Shown one piece after another: positions 13,007-25,830 of a stretch of 64,000 nucleotides of DNA. Position 1 is the first letter of the stretch, and every line of letters starts with the position of its first letter. The notes beneath the pieces are model-generated. The model had not been told where the DNA came from. It did no database searches and saw nothing but the letters and a program-made list of their open reading frames with translations. The stretch covers positions 62,498,001 to 62,562,000 of the forward strand of contig NC_045696.1 in NCBI RefSeq assembly GCF_009834535.1. The letters are read 5' to 3'. This DNA comes from Camelus ferus (lineage: Eukaryota). The position numbers were made by a program, and so were the translations under genes.

Positions 13007-13454
13007 GTTGTGCCCAAAGGGCCTTGGCTATGATGTTGAGGAAAATTATAAAGATGCAGTAAGATTATGTATTTAAAGCTGAAGTGACAATTTTGACAGT
13101 TCCCATTACTAGGAAAGGTATAGGGCACCAGTCCTCATACTGTTGGAAAGAGGGTGGTTTGACAAAGCTTTTGTGAAAGACAAAATAGTAAAATATCTCA
13201 GAATTTAAAAATATGTATGCTTTGATTCAGTACTTTAACATTTAGGAATTTTTTCTAAGGAATAGGGAAAATGTGCAAACTTATACGAACAAGGATATTT
13301 TTCCGATAAAGTTATCAGACTATTTATAGGAAAAATTGTGCAGGTACAGTGTTGGTTAAGTAGAATACTGTTTAGCTATTAAAATATAATGATAGCTAAC
13401 TCTTAAAAAGCACTTTATATATACTAGGACCATTCTCTGTACTTTATATAACTT

Positions 13455-13595
13455 TGTAGTCATGTAGGCTGCACTCTTAGAAGGGCCCTGTGTTTGTTTT
13501 AATGCTCTGCTGTCATTATTTTGCAATTCTTAATTTTTAAACAAGAGGCCCCATTTATTTTTTCCCATTGGTCCCTGCAAATTATGTTGTCATTT
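13455..13595. mobile_element. MER91-like hAT MITE
   Basis: ttagaagggccctgtgtttgttttaatgctctgctgtc...aacaagaggcccc...ggtccctgcaaattatgt. Confidence 0.65.
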
Positions 13596-13639
13596 CTACT
13601 TGTGAATTAGGTTTTTATGTTTTTGAAAGTTGAAAAAAA

Positions 13640-13872
13640 CCAAAAGATAATTTCATGACACAGTGAAAATTATATAAAATTTAAATTTTAGTGTTCATAA
13701 ATTTTTACTGGAACAGAGCCATGTTTATTTATTTACATATTATCAGTGGCTTTTTTTTTTTTTTTTTTTTTTTTGCTACAACAGCAGAATTGAGTACGTG
13801 GAACAGGGACTGTCTGGCCCTCAAAACTTAATATTTAGTATCTGGCTCTTTATGGAAGCTTTGCCAACGCTT
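13640..13872. mobile_element. MER58-like hAT-Charlie MITE containing an internal T25 run
   Basis: ttttactggaacagagccatgtttatttatttacatattatc...gctacaacagcagaattgagt...tatctggctcttta...tttgccaac. Confidence 0.7.
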
Positions 13873-15919
13873 GCTCTATCCAAACTTCTTCTCTCTTCTG
13901 CCTTTCATAACAGAGGATATAGATCTCAATTTGTAGGGGTAGTGTCCATGATACATTATGTGAAAAGAAAAAGTAGAATATAATTTAGAATGTGTAACAT
14001 GACACTGTCTATGTCATAAGCTGTATATTAAAAAATCTGATAAACTATTAACCTATTTTATCTCTGGGAAATGGGAGGCCATTATTATTGAAGTTTTATT
14101 TACAAAAGTAAGTGCTGTTAGTTAAGAAATAGACATATTATGGGGAAAAGGAGACAATGCATTCTTACCCTTTCCCTTCTGTCCCCCACAACTTTTTATT
14201 TTAAAAGTGTTCAGGCTTTTACTGGAATGTTGAAAGGACAGTACAATGAATACCTATCTAACTCTGATCTAGATTCACTGGTTGTTAATATTTTGGTACA
14301 TTTGCTCCCCCTGTCTCTCTCTCTCTTTCAATCACACACGTATACACGCATGCATATACACTCAGCATGTACATGTTTTTAAAAAAAACTATTTGAAGGT
14401 TCAGTATGCATCTTCTAAAAATAAGGACATTCTCCTTCAGAACCACATTTATAGCACTAACAGTAATTACACGTTCAGATTTTCCCAGTTGTGCCAGTTT
14501 TTTATAAGTAGTTTCTTTTCCTTAATTCAGCATCCAATTAAGGTTTATGCAGTGAATTGCTTTTTCATTACCTTTAGCTGGCTGTACATTCTCAATTCTT
14601 TTAGTCCATTATCTTTCACTGGGGCAACTTACCATTAAGAAAATATTAGATTATTATGGAACTAGGAGAGGTCTCAGTCATACCTGAGGCCTTGATTTGG
14701 GTAACGGCCAAATCGTGCAATATTTTGTATATCATGTTAACGATTTTGGCGGACTGTCATAGAAACATAGTGGGAAGCTCTTATAAAGATATGGCATGTT
14801 CAAATTTGGATAGTTATAAAACATTAACTTTTGAGGCAGAATATTTTCGTGTGTCACAGTTTGGTACAAAATGATATAATATTCACAATTGTAAAAAATA
14901 TTTTTGAGATAGTCTGGGAAAGTCAAATGTTTAATGGTTATTAGATATTATTAGAGAATTATTATTGTTAATGTGTGATAATGATAAAGAGGTTCTATTA
15001 AAAATTTCTTATCTATTAAAGAGTAATAAAATAACATCTGATGTTTTCTTTAAAGTGCATCAGCAAAAAAAAAGAATTACATGAAACAAGAATGACAGAG
15101 TTTTGATAATTGTTGATACTAGGTGATAGGTATGTGGGAGTGCATCATACACTCTTCTCTGTTTTTATGTGTGTTTTATTTTGTAAAAGATTAAAAAGAC
15201 ATAACCACTGACACGTCAGTTTTGACTTGAAAAATGAGCTGGAAAGGTAGCTTGTATGTGAAAGTTGTCTGATATCTAAAATTTCTATTACTTTCCAGAG
15301 AAAATTCTTTATATAAAATATGAAATAAATATACCAAAGAAATTTACTTCTAAACATTTGATTAGAAAAATAATTTTTAGCAAAAATAATTGACTATATG
15401 TTTCTGAATGTCTTGAAAGGAGCCCAACATTTTTAAAGTTATAAGAAATAATTTTGCTCTCACAATGTTTAAAAAACTGCAATCTTTTAAGTATGGCAGA
15501 AAGCTAGTGATGACAATAAAAAAAGTCTGTACAAATTACAAAACTGTTTAATTCAAACCACCACTCACAATTGTAGAACACTATTGTGGAGATTTCTTCT
15601 TGTCAATCAGCTATTGTATAAATTGTGTGTAATCTTCCCTATGATTACAGCACTGATGCATTACCAGTACTGCTTTACTATGATTCCAAGAGATAAAAAC
15701 GACGACATCTCTTTTGTTGGATCCAGCAGCTGTATTCTGGCCACAGGTGCTAGTTGCAGTTATTCAAATAAAAATATGACAGTGTTATGAAGGTAGAGTT
15801 TGATTCTAAGAAAGTTGACAGATAACAGTGTCAAGACCTTTGTCCTCTATACTAACAATGTGTTAGCTTTCCTTTTATTTTATGTTTCGTTATTTGAGAA
15901 GCCGTCCATGCAGTTAGAT

Positions 15920-16105
15920 AAGCAGTTTTTAACTGGAAGTGCATATCAGAATCACCTGGGGAGCTTTATGCAAAATACCTTTGTTTGGACTCTGCTTTAG
16001 GCCTATTGAATCAGAACTTTGAGGGAGAATAGGACATAGGCATATACACTTTGAAAATGCTTTTTAGGTGATTCTGATGTGAAACTTTATTGAAGGACTA
16101 CCACT
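15920..16105. mobile_element. MER5-like hAT-Charlie MITE
   Basis: catatcagaatcacctggggagcttt...tgaatcagaact...aggtgattctgatg...ttga..actac. Confidence 0.7.
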
Positions 16106-17361
16106 CTAAGTGTGTCAGAATTCTTTAATATATGTAAACAGATAATAAAGCACAGTGGTTTTCAGTCTTCTTGTCTTTTCAACCTAATGGTTATAGACAA
16201 GGCACAGTTTCCCACTGGTTATCTGTATATAACTCCGTTCCTTACTCTTGTTTACTTGTTCTCTAGAACAAGAAAAGCATCCAGGTTTGCAAGGGATAGC
16301 CATTAAAGGGTTTTTAGCAGGAAAGTGATGTGGCAACACTTGTATCCTATTTATTAGTAACAGTTATTTTGTCACACCTCAGACTGATCTCAGTAACTCC
16401 CCACTGTAGATGGCTGTATTACAGTTCTTCCCTAGATAATCTGTTCCCTGCCCAACCCAACACTACCTATTATTATTGTATTGTGTTAACAGTCATCTTC
16501 CTGAGATTCCAAATTCATTGTTTTTACTTTTATACACAAAAATGCTCAGTGTCTTCACACTGCCTTTGAGGTCAACTTTGCTAAGGCCTTCTAATTTACA
16601 TCCTCTTGTGTGTCTTCTACTCTAATTTTTTTCTTTTGTTGACACCTAAACAATGCTATAGTGACTGACCACTTTAGACTTTTTTATGCAGTGCCCTTTT
16701 CTTTATTCTGTCTTTAAAAAATATGAAGCTTTATTTTTTCTTGTACAAGTTAAAAAGGCTATTTATATGAATTGAAAAAATAATACAAATATTTAAAGTA
16801 AGTTCAAAGCATAGTGTGTATGCTTTCAGACCTTTTGCTCTATTTATGCTAACACATGCATTTTTCTTGCATGAATGGGATCAGATCATATTCAGTCTGC
16901 TTCACTTTGCTTTTTTCACTTAATATTCATATTTCTTTGTCAGGACTTAAGAGGTCTGCCTTACTCTTTAAATGGAGGCATATTCTTTAAGCAGCTGTGT
17001 ACTAACTATTGAATGGTAATTTGAATAACCAGTCCCCTTACGGGTTTTTCATTTTTAGTTTCTTTCTTCTATGAGCTTTTGTCTATCCTCCTGGTATATT
17101 TGCCTTATTATATCTGTAGCATTAATACCTAAAAGGATCATAATAATTTGTGTAAAAGGGGATATACGCTTAAAATTTTAGAAGTTATTGCTAAATTTTG
17201 CTCAAATAAAGGAAGAAAAATGAGGGAGGACAAATCCAAGCAAATATTAGTGCTTTTCTGTGTGTGTATCATCTTAAAGAAGTAACTATTTTTAAATAAA
17301 TAGGGTTATAAATCAGGAATGGATGTTTGATTTTGTCAAATGCCTTTTTATCATCTGAGAC

Positions 17362-17683
17362 TGTCTTAGTCAGTTTGTACTGCCATATGAGATTACCATA
17401 GACTGGGTGTTCTGGATATCAAACCTTTATTTCTCACAGTGGAGGTTGTAAGTCCACGACCAGAGTGTTTAGCGCGGTTGAATTCTTGATGAAGGCCTTC
17501 TTCCTGGTATCTGTGCAGAGAGGGCTCTGGTCTCTTCATCTCCTTATAAGGGCACTAATCCCATCATCACGGTAATCTAATTCTCATTACTTCCCAAAGA
17601 CCCTTCCTCCAAATACCAACACTTTGGAGATTAGTGTTTCAACGTATAAATTTTAGGGGAATACCATCATTCAGTCTTTAGCA
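17362..17683. mobile_element. MaLR LTR (MLT1A-like)
   Basis: tgtcttagtcagtttgtactgccat...taccatagactgggtg...ttataagggcactaatcccatc...ctccaaatacc...attcagtctttagca. Confidence 0.8.
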
Positions 17684-17897
17684 GAGATAATCATGTTGCT
17701 TTTCTTCTTTGACTTTTTAACATAGTAAGTTAAATTAATGGATTTCCTAATATTTAAATATTATTACAGTCCTATGAATTTCATTTGGTCATAATCTTTA
17801 AAAATACAGCTAGATTTTATTAATATTTTATTTATGATTTTGCATTAATATTCAGAAGCTATAATGAGCTGTTGTTCTGATTTATATTTTGGTAATA

Positions 17898-18485
17898 CAG
17901 TAGTCTCCCCTAATCAGTGAGCAATATGTTCCAAGACCCCCAGTGGATGCATGAAACTGAGGATAGTACTAAACGGTATATTTTCCATTTTTCCCTATAC
18001 ATACATAACTGTGATAAAGTTTGAAGTTAGGCACAGTAAGTGATAAACAACAGTTTATAACAATATACTGTAATAAAAGTTATGTGAATGTGCTCTCTCA
18101 AAATATCTAGTTGTAATGTACTCACCCTTCTTGTGATGATGTGAGATTATAAAATGCCTATGTGATGAGATAACTTGAGATGGATAACATTGGTGTTGTG
18201 ACAAAGTGTTAAGCTACTGTTGGTGTTCTGATCATATGCCAGAAGAGGATCATCTGTTTCAGGTGATCCTGGGTCACCGAGCTAAGACGACATCAATCTT
18301 TGGAGATTCAGGGCGGGTCAGAGCAAGATGGCGCCAAGATTTCATCACGCTACTCAGAATGGCATGCAGTTTAAGATTTATGAATTGTTTATCTGTGGAA
18401 CTTTCCATTTAATATCTTCAGACTGTGGTTGACTGTGGGTGACTGAAACTCTGGAAAGTGAACTCATGGATAAGGGGGATTACTG
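17898..18485. mobile_element. MER44/Tigger7-like TcMar element, near complete
   Basis: Terminal inverted repeats cagtagtctcccctaatc and gataagggggattactg, with TA on both flanks (17896-17897, 18486-18487). Confidence 0.88.
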
Positions 18486-18665
18486 TAGTGTTATATTGAT
18501 TTTTTTTTTTAAATAAAAAAACCCCCAAGAAATACCCACTTTTTTCTTTATGCTCTGGTATAATTCAATCTTCAAATTATTTGATTTTGAACTTGTTATA
18601 TAATTCACCTAGATGGAACCTTTCTGACTGTCTCTCCTTGGCAATTTGTCTTACTCAAAGGTATC

Positions 18666-19090
18666 TGTTATGGGTTGAATTGTGTCCCTCCGGAAGATAT
18701 GTTGAGTCCTAACTCCAGTATCCCAGAATGTGACTTTATTTGGAAATAGGATCATAGCAGATGTAATTAAGATGAGGTCATGCTGGAGTAGGGTGGACTC
18801 TTAATTCACTATAACTGTTGTCTTATAAGAAGGCAGAAGGTAATGTGAAGACAGACACACAGGGAGAAGATAGCCATATAATGACCAAGGCAGAGATTGG
18901 GGTGATACTACTGTAAGCCAAGAATCGATGACTACTACCAGAATCTAGAAAGAGTCAAGGAAGTGTTTGGAGGCAGCGTGGCCCTGTCAGTGCCTTAATT
19001 TCAGACTCTAGAGTTGTGAGAGAATAAATCTATTGTTTAAGTTACCCATTTTTTGGTAGTTTATTATGGGAACCCTAGGAAGCTAATACA
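18666..19090 (+). mobile_element. MaLR solo LTR (MLT1B/C-like)
   Basis: TG...CA ends: tgttatgggttgaattgtgtccc...cagaatgtgactttatttggaaatagg...gagagaataaat...ggaagctaataca. Confidence 0.85.
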
Positions 19091-20162
19091 CTGTGTGTTC
19101 CACTTAGGCTTTCAGGTTTGTCTAGCATAGGGTCATACAAAACATTATGGATTTCTTGTCTTTTTCATTCTTAATTTTTTAAATTGATGCTTTCTTTTTT
19201 AACCTTGTTAGTATGGTATCCCATAATATTTACTTTTTATCTACCTCTCTAAATTAGTTCTTGAGTTGATCAGTTCTTTTTTTTTTATCAATACCTACCT
19301 TAGACTTCCTAATTCTATTTTCTACCTTTCTTAGAAAATAAAGTAAATCTGACTTTTTGAATTCATTTATATTTTGTCTAATATTCAGTATAAAATCTTC
19401 AAGAGTGTAAGTTTTTCTTTGAGCTTAGCTTTTCAAATTTTGATGTGAAATGTTTTTATCATTATTTATCGTATATTGTTACTGTATGGTTTTGATTTTC
19501 TCTTCAACTCAACACTGTTTAGGAGAAAATTTAAAAATTCCTAAGACTGGGATTTTTTTGGTTTACTTTTGCTATTTCAGTTTTCATTACATAGAGGTTA
19601 ATGAATGTGATTAGTTGTATTTCCACTTTATGAAACTGGTGAATTTTCTTTGTGGCTTATTTAATCAGTTTTTTAAAGTGGTCCATGAATGTTTAAATAG
19701 AAGGTTATACTCTGTGGAGTATAAATCTTAGTTGATAGCTATATGTCTATTGGATCTACTATATAAATAATCTCACTTAGTTCTGCTTTATCAGAGGTTA
19801 CAAACTGTTAACATGGTCTTATTTGGCCCATAAACATATATTTTGCTGGCCATGCAATGTGTTGGCCTGCATAATGTTAAAAATTAACATTGATTAAAAG
19901 TGCCAATATTAAAAAATTTGGAGATTTTTATATAGAGTGGATTTCTGGTTTTCTCAGAAGATGTTACTTTTAGCTCATCAGGCAGGTCATACCCTCCTAC
20001 CTCTTTCAGGCTTTGAACAGGCTGTTCGTTCTCTTTTCCTGGAAGGCTTTCTCCAGTCCCTTTTCCTGGCTTAATCCTGTTCATCCTTTCTGTCTCAGTG
20101 TCAACATTACTGCCTCCCAGAAGCCTTCCTTCACTCTCAAGACTAAGTAAAGATGTAAGGTA

Positions 20163-21325
20163 GCAAATAAGCATATGAAAAGTTGCTCAACTTCTTTAGT
20201 CATTAGGGAAATGCAGATTATTAATACCCCACTGATATACCACTACACATCTAATATAATGGCTAAAATGAAATTGACCAGTCATACCATGTACTGGCGG
20301 GTATGTGGGGCAAGTAGAATTCTCATACTCACCAAATCCAAGCACATACTGCTTGTCGCATGACAGGCCAATAAGTGGAGAGATGACTTGCTGGGTCAAG
20401 GAATAGCGGCTTTATTAAAAAAAAACTAGCGGATCAAGAAGAAGATGGTGGTCTAATGTCCCAGAAAAGCCATCTTACCCGAGTTAGGATTCAGGCTTTT
20501 ATCCTGAAAGGGGAAGGGATGTGGTTGGTTGTTGCAGACATCTTAGTGCCAGAATCCTTTGTTCTTGCAGCTGTCCAGGTAGATTGGTTAGAGTGTTTCT
20601 ATAAGCCTCCAACAAGACCAATATTATTCTCTGGACTGCAACTTTTTATTTCTATATGAATCAAAAAGTGTTATACATTTAAGGATCAGAGGCTTGGGAA
20701 TGGGCTGTCCTGTATATTTCAGGCTTAGAGGCAACATTCTTAACTTGTAGCAAAAGCAATAGAATACAGAGATTAAAGTAAAAGAAATAGATCCAATATG
20801 GAGTCAGATTTATTCTTCTCTGTTACACTAGTGGATATGTAAAATGGCAAAACCACCTTGAAAAACAGTTTGGCAATTTCTTAAAAAGTATATTAATATT
20901 TATAGCAGCTTTATTTGTAACAGCTGAAAACTGGAAACAACCCAACTGTCCATCAACATATGAGTGGATAAACAAGCTGGAATATCCTTAAAACAGAATA
21001 CTGCTAGCAAAAAGGAATAAACTATTGATGCATGTTATAACATGAATGAATCGCAAAATATACAAGCTGAGTAAAAGAACCCAGATCAAAGAGTCCATAT
21101 TATGTTAATACATTTATATAAAATTCTTAGAAATTTAAATTAATCTATAGCAACAGAAAGTGCCTGTGGAGGGGAGGGGCAGGAGGCAGAAATACAAAGA
21201 GGCACGAGGAAATTTTGGCGGTGATAGATGTGTTTATTATCTTGATTGTGGTGATGGCTTTATGGACGTGTGTGTGTGTGTGTGTGTGTATACACTGATC
21301 AAATTGTACACTTTAAATATGTATA
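20163..21325 (+). mobile_element. Old L1 (L1MC/MD-like) 3' region interrupted by an ERV LTR
   Basis: aataagcatatgaaaagttgctcaac...gaaatgcagatt; resumes after 20827 with gtggatatgtaaaatgg...aaactggaaacaaccc...cttgattgtggtgatgg. Confidence 0.75.
20328..20827 (-). mobile_element. Endogenous retrovirus solo LTR (ERV1-like), antisense
   Basis: About 500-bp insert splitting an L1. On the minus strand it begins TGTAACAG (20827) and has AATAAA at 20411-20416. Confidence 0.7.
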
Positions 21326-21550
21326 CTGTCAGTTTGAGATTTGCAAATTTAGTCACACATATAAAAGAGATAAAAAACCCAAATTTCTTCCGTATAGGAA
21401 ACTGTAGTCAATATTTTGTAATAACCTTTAATGAAAAGGAATATGAAAACAAAAAAATGTATATATATGCACGACTAGGACATTGTGCTGTACACTAGAA
21501 ATTAACATGTTGTAACTGACTGTAGTTCAATAAAAAAATTCTTTAAAAAA
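21326..21550 (+). mobile_element. Truncated lineage-specific L1 3' end
   Basis: gtttgagatttgcaaat...gtgctgtacactagaaatt...caataaaaaaa; imperfect flanking repeat aaatatgtatact / aaaaatgtacact. Confidence 0.8.
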
Positions 21551-23804
21551 TGTACACTCTCAGTAATATCTCAATAAATCTGGTAAAAAAAAAAAACACC
21601 CTAGAGAATGCTATTACCATTACTTCCTAATCTGTCAATGTGGATCTCTAACTGCTATTCTGTTGTCACAGATCAGTGTTTCTTATTGGGCTGGATGTTT
21701 ACAGTACTTCTTTCCATTGGCATCCAATGGACAGTTCAGCCTCTGCAGAAGTTTCCTCATTCTAGGATATAAAAGAAGCCCAAGAGAACTCTCAAGTGGT
21801 TCACATTTTTTACATGGGAAACACTTAGCTTGGCCTATTATCAGTGACAGTGCAGCTACTTTTAATTGTAGTCTTCTGTTCTGCAGCCATGGATCACTCT
21901 AATCAAATGCTAGTCTTTAGATTTCTCAGGTAGAAGTCAGATAAAACCAGTCCACAGAGTTCCTAAGCTCCCAAAGACAGACACCAAGTTTTCATGTGAT
22001 ATCCTTGAAGCCCCCCTTACTAGGCTAGAGGTGAGGGTAAAGCATCAGTCTATCCCTCTTTGATTTTAGAGTGTTATTGACAACTCACTCTAAAGAAATC
22101 TCTTCTCCCCAATTTCCATCTCTTCTTTAGATCTCTCCAGATGCTCCCACCTCCACCTTTTATAAAAATAGTTGGAGGTGGGTGATCAGCTAAGTATTGT
22201 AAAACTGCCTTTTCTTTTTTCTTTTTTTGGCTACTTCCTTTTCAGATCTTGTCCATGTGGTCTATCTAGCATTTCATTTTGGATAGTGGAAGTAGTTGTC
22301 AGATAATACCTTGGAGCCTCAACTAAGACTGAGAGGTTTATTTGGGTATCATGTTATATCCTGTTAATAGGACTTTTCTACTCTGCTTTAATTAAGAAAC
22401 CTGTATTTTGCTTAGGATTAGTGAAATTGTGGGCGCTCCACTTTTCATTTTGCCCTTATTTCATGATATTGGACATATATTTTTATCTGTGGTATGGAAT
22501 TGTAGCCATTCCCTGGTTTCATTATGAATGAAGTTTCCTGTAGTAATTGTTTTTTCTTTCTATTAATGTTTGTAAACTTCAGGGAAAGAAATAAACATGC
22601 TCTTACTGCTTTTTCTCTCTCTCTCTCTCTCTCTTTTTTTTTTTTTTTTAAAAACCTGGCCAGGTCTCTTTGCAGAAACAGTCATCTCATCATTCCCTCA
22701 CTGACTTTCATCTTCTCTAAATTTCTGTAGATATTTCTTTGTAATAATTATTCTTTATATTTGCTTAGTGTTTTATCCTTTTGCATTTAATTCCTATCAA
22801 GTACTTTAGTGGAACTGGTTTGTTTTTTCTATTTTTGAAATGCAACAATTAAAATGGGTTATCTTTGATATCACTTGATTCAGAAATTTTAGGATTCTCA
22901 ATCTCCTTTGGGAGAAGTAGGGTAAATGATGTTGTATGGAGTTTTACAGATAATGAATAAATTAGATTTGAAGTGATTGGCCACTATAACATAGCAAATT
23001 AATGACAGTGAGGATTAGAACACAGTTTATTCTAGCTTCATTCTGTTGCCTGGGTACAAGAAGTTTTGTATGTTTGATTGAAAGTTATGTCAGGTAGATT
23101 ATGAGTAGAACAGGGTTCCTTTACTTTTACTTGCATCCGTGGTCCTCTTTTCCCAAGTTCAGGGCTGTTTAATTCTTTCTGCTGTTTGTTTGGAAATGTC
23201 TTTGGTCTTCCTTGAGAAATTTAGCTTGTTGAATATAGTCAGGGGTGAGTCTATCCACACCCCGCTTTTTTTTTTTTTTTTTTTTTTTTTTGCCAAATAT
23301 AGTAGTTAGGTGGATGAGAGAGAAAGAATTCCTGCTTTCTTTCATGGGTAGTGTCCCAAGGACTTGACCTGTGCTCTACACTCCTTTATTAGGAATCCTT
23401 TTCACTTCAGTGCAGCATCTTGAGTGTTTGCTTTTGAGTCAGTTACTGTAACTTTGCTCACTTAACTCTAAGATACGTTGTCGACACTCAGCAGTTTCAC
23501 AAAAAACAAAGAATGTAAAGACAAGATTTCAGTGAGAAGCTAAATAGAGATTTGTTTCATTATGATTTTTGTTTTTTGCATGTTATGAGCCCCTCTAGAT
23601 TATTATACCTTCTTGAGTAAAACAGCTCAGCTTAGAACTTCTTAAAATTCTCTATGCCTTTGAGGTTTGGGGTACACAAAGAGGATATTGACCGGTCCTG
23701 AGTAAGGAGGCAGGTCAGAGGAAATTATCTTTCATACACAGGTTTATAAATTATTTTCTTTCAAATGCGAATGTTGGAGCAGCAACTGTGCTGCAGACAT
23801 TAAA

Positions 23805-23878
23805 TTTTTTTTTATTAAAGTATAATTGATTTACGGTGTTGCATTAGTTTCTAGTATACAGCAAAGTGATTCAGTTAT

Positions 23879-23928
<50 letters not shown>

Positions 23929-24045
23929 TCTTTTCATATTCTTTTCCATTATGGTTTATTACAGGATATTGAATACAGTTCCCTGTACTGTATAGTCGGA
24001 CATTGTTGTTTATTTTATATGTAGTAGTTTGTATCTGCTAATCCA
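23805..24045 (-). mobile_element. Truncated L1 3' end hosting a (GT)23 microsatellite
   Basis: tttattaaagtataattgatttac...gtgattcagttatac...gaatacagttccctgt. Confidence 0.8.
23881..23926. repeat. (GT)23 microsatellite
   Basis: Perfect GT run of 46 nt. Confidence 0.98.
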
Positions 24046-25184
24046 TTTTCTTTCTTTTTTTGAATTTAAAATAAATTTATCCTGTTTTTAACACCCTCAA
24101 AATACCCCCTTTAAAAAGTAACCTACAAAACAATGCCTGCTGCTCCCCTTAAAAGAATGGATGGGTAATAAACTTTACTACAAATAATCTCTGGAATCAT
24201 ATGTAAATGTTACTGTGAATCTCATCTATTTTCTTATTGTATTCCTGTAGTCCTTTTTCAGCTTATACTGTTTAGATATGATTAATTATGAGGCAGATAC
24301 AATGAAAATTAATAAAACAACTCAAAAAGGACTTTGAACATATTTATACATTAAATGAAGTTAGTAGCTTCCCTATGTACCAGTTAAGCAGATAGAAATA
24401 AAAACATGTTTGGGGGAATCTCAATTAAGTTAATGAAAAGATATATAAAATGAATGGAAATGAAGTTAACATGAAATTTGTGGGACTTATATATAATTAT
24501 ACAACAACTAAAAGCATGATGACAAAAAGGGAAAAGGTGACTAAGGAATCGTATTTGTTGCTTGAAGACTCAACATTTTAAAAGTATAAATTTTTCCTAA
24601 ATTAATTTATAAAATAATTTTCTAAATTTAAATAAATTTAAATGCAAGAACAAATATGTAAGACTAGCCAAGAAAATTTTGGAAAATAGGAGCAACAATG
24701 TCCCCATCAGATTTTAAATTGTATTCTTTGAGTACTGAGATTAAAATAGTGTTATATTGAGCCCAGAACTGACAGATGAAAGGAAGAGAATTTTAAAAAG
24801 TTCTGAGACAGACTCAACTATATATGAGTTTAGAGTATGATTAAGGTGATACTTCAAATCAATGGAGAAATAAGGAAGGGCAATTAGCTCACTACTTGGC
24901 AAAAACAAGGTGTGATACATCTCCACAATAAATTTTGGTGGAGTAATGATTTGGATGTTAAAATTGAAGCTGTGAATGTACTAATGGGAAATATACAGGA
25001 CATGCATATTAACTTGGGATCAGGACAGTTTTCTAAGCATGATACCAAAGACAAGAGCCTTAAAATAGATTTGGCTATATAAAAATATTAACTTCTCTTC
25101 CATTGATAGAAGATGGGAAAATATTTGGAATATGTGAAAGAAATTTCAAATCTGTATATTTAGAAAGTTTTAGAAACGTCTTAC

Positions 25185-25318
25185 AGGAGCTACTGGATTG
25201 GTGAACATGTGGAGATTTGGGGGAGAGTAGCACTCTCAGAGAGCATGGAATCTCCGTGCCCCTTCCTACATACCTTGCCCTGTGCATCTCTTCTATCTGG
25301 CTGTTCCTGAGTTGAATA
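25185..25318. mobile_element. MER21-like LTR fragment
   Basis: ggttggtgaacatgtggag-like start, gagagcatggaatctccgtgccccttcc...ccttgccctgtgcatctcttctatctggctgttcctgagtt. Confidence 0.65.
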
Positions 25319-25554
25319 TATTTCTACTGGTTTATAGGACTTCCTTTGCTCATCTGTATTCTATTTAGGTAAGAGCTGATACAAATGTGTGTAACTAGAC
25401 TCAAGAATGTGTTTGGTTGGGAAAATGCTGTATCATTCTAAAAGTCAAAACAACACCTAGCTCAGATGGTAAAAATGGACTCTAATGTAACAATTCCTTC
25501 TCATCCTCTCATCAAAGACCATTTAAATAAATCCAAAGTAATGTACTAGGACAA

Positions 25555-25830
25555 AAATTTTTTGCAGTTCCATTTATATAAAGTGTCCAGAGTAGGCCAC
25601 TTTATGGAGACTAAAGGTAGATTAGTGGTTACCTAGGCCTGTAAGCAGGGAAGGCAGGAATGGGTAGTGACTGCTAATGGGATGGGATTTCCTTTTGGGG
25701 TGATGAAAATATTCTAAAATTCGATTGTGGTGATGGGTGCACAACTCTGTGAATATGCTAAAAAAGGTTGAATTATATACTTTAAGTGAATATGGTATTT
25801 GAATTATAGCCCAGTAAAGCTGTTAAAAAT
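25555..25830 (+). mobile_element. L1MB-like 3' end
   Basis: ttccatttatataaagtgtccagagtaggc...gtagattagtggttacctagg...tgactgctaatggg...gattgtggtgatggg...gtaaagctgttaaaaa. Confidence 0.78.

Noticed and set aside
15685..15722. Hairpin aagagat...atctctt as a miRNA or snoRNA
   Set aside because: Only a 7-bp stem and no convincing C/D or H/ACA layout; expected by chance.
23266..23291. Long T runs (also about 13750, 43976, 51680) as retrocopy tails or terminators
   Set aside because: No adjoining retrocopy body or TSD recognised; simple mononucleotide runs.
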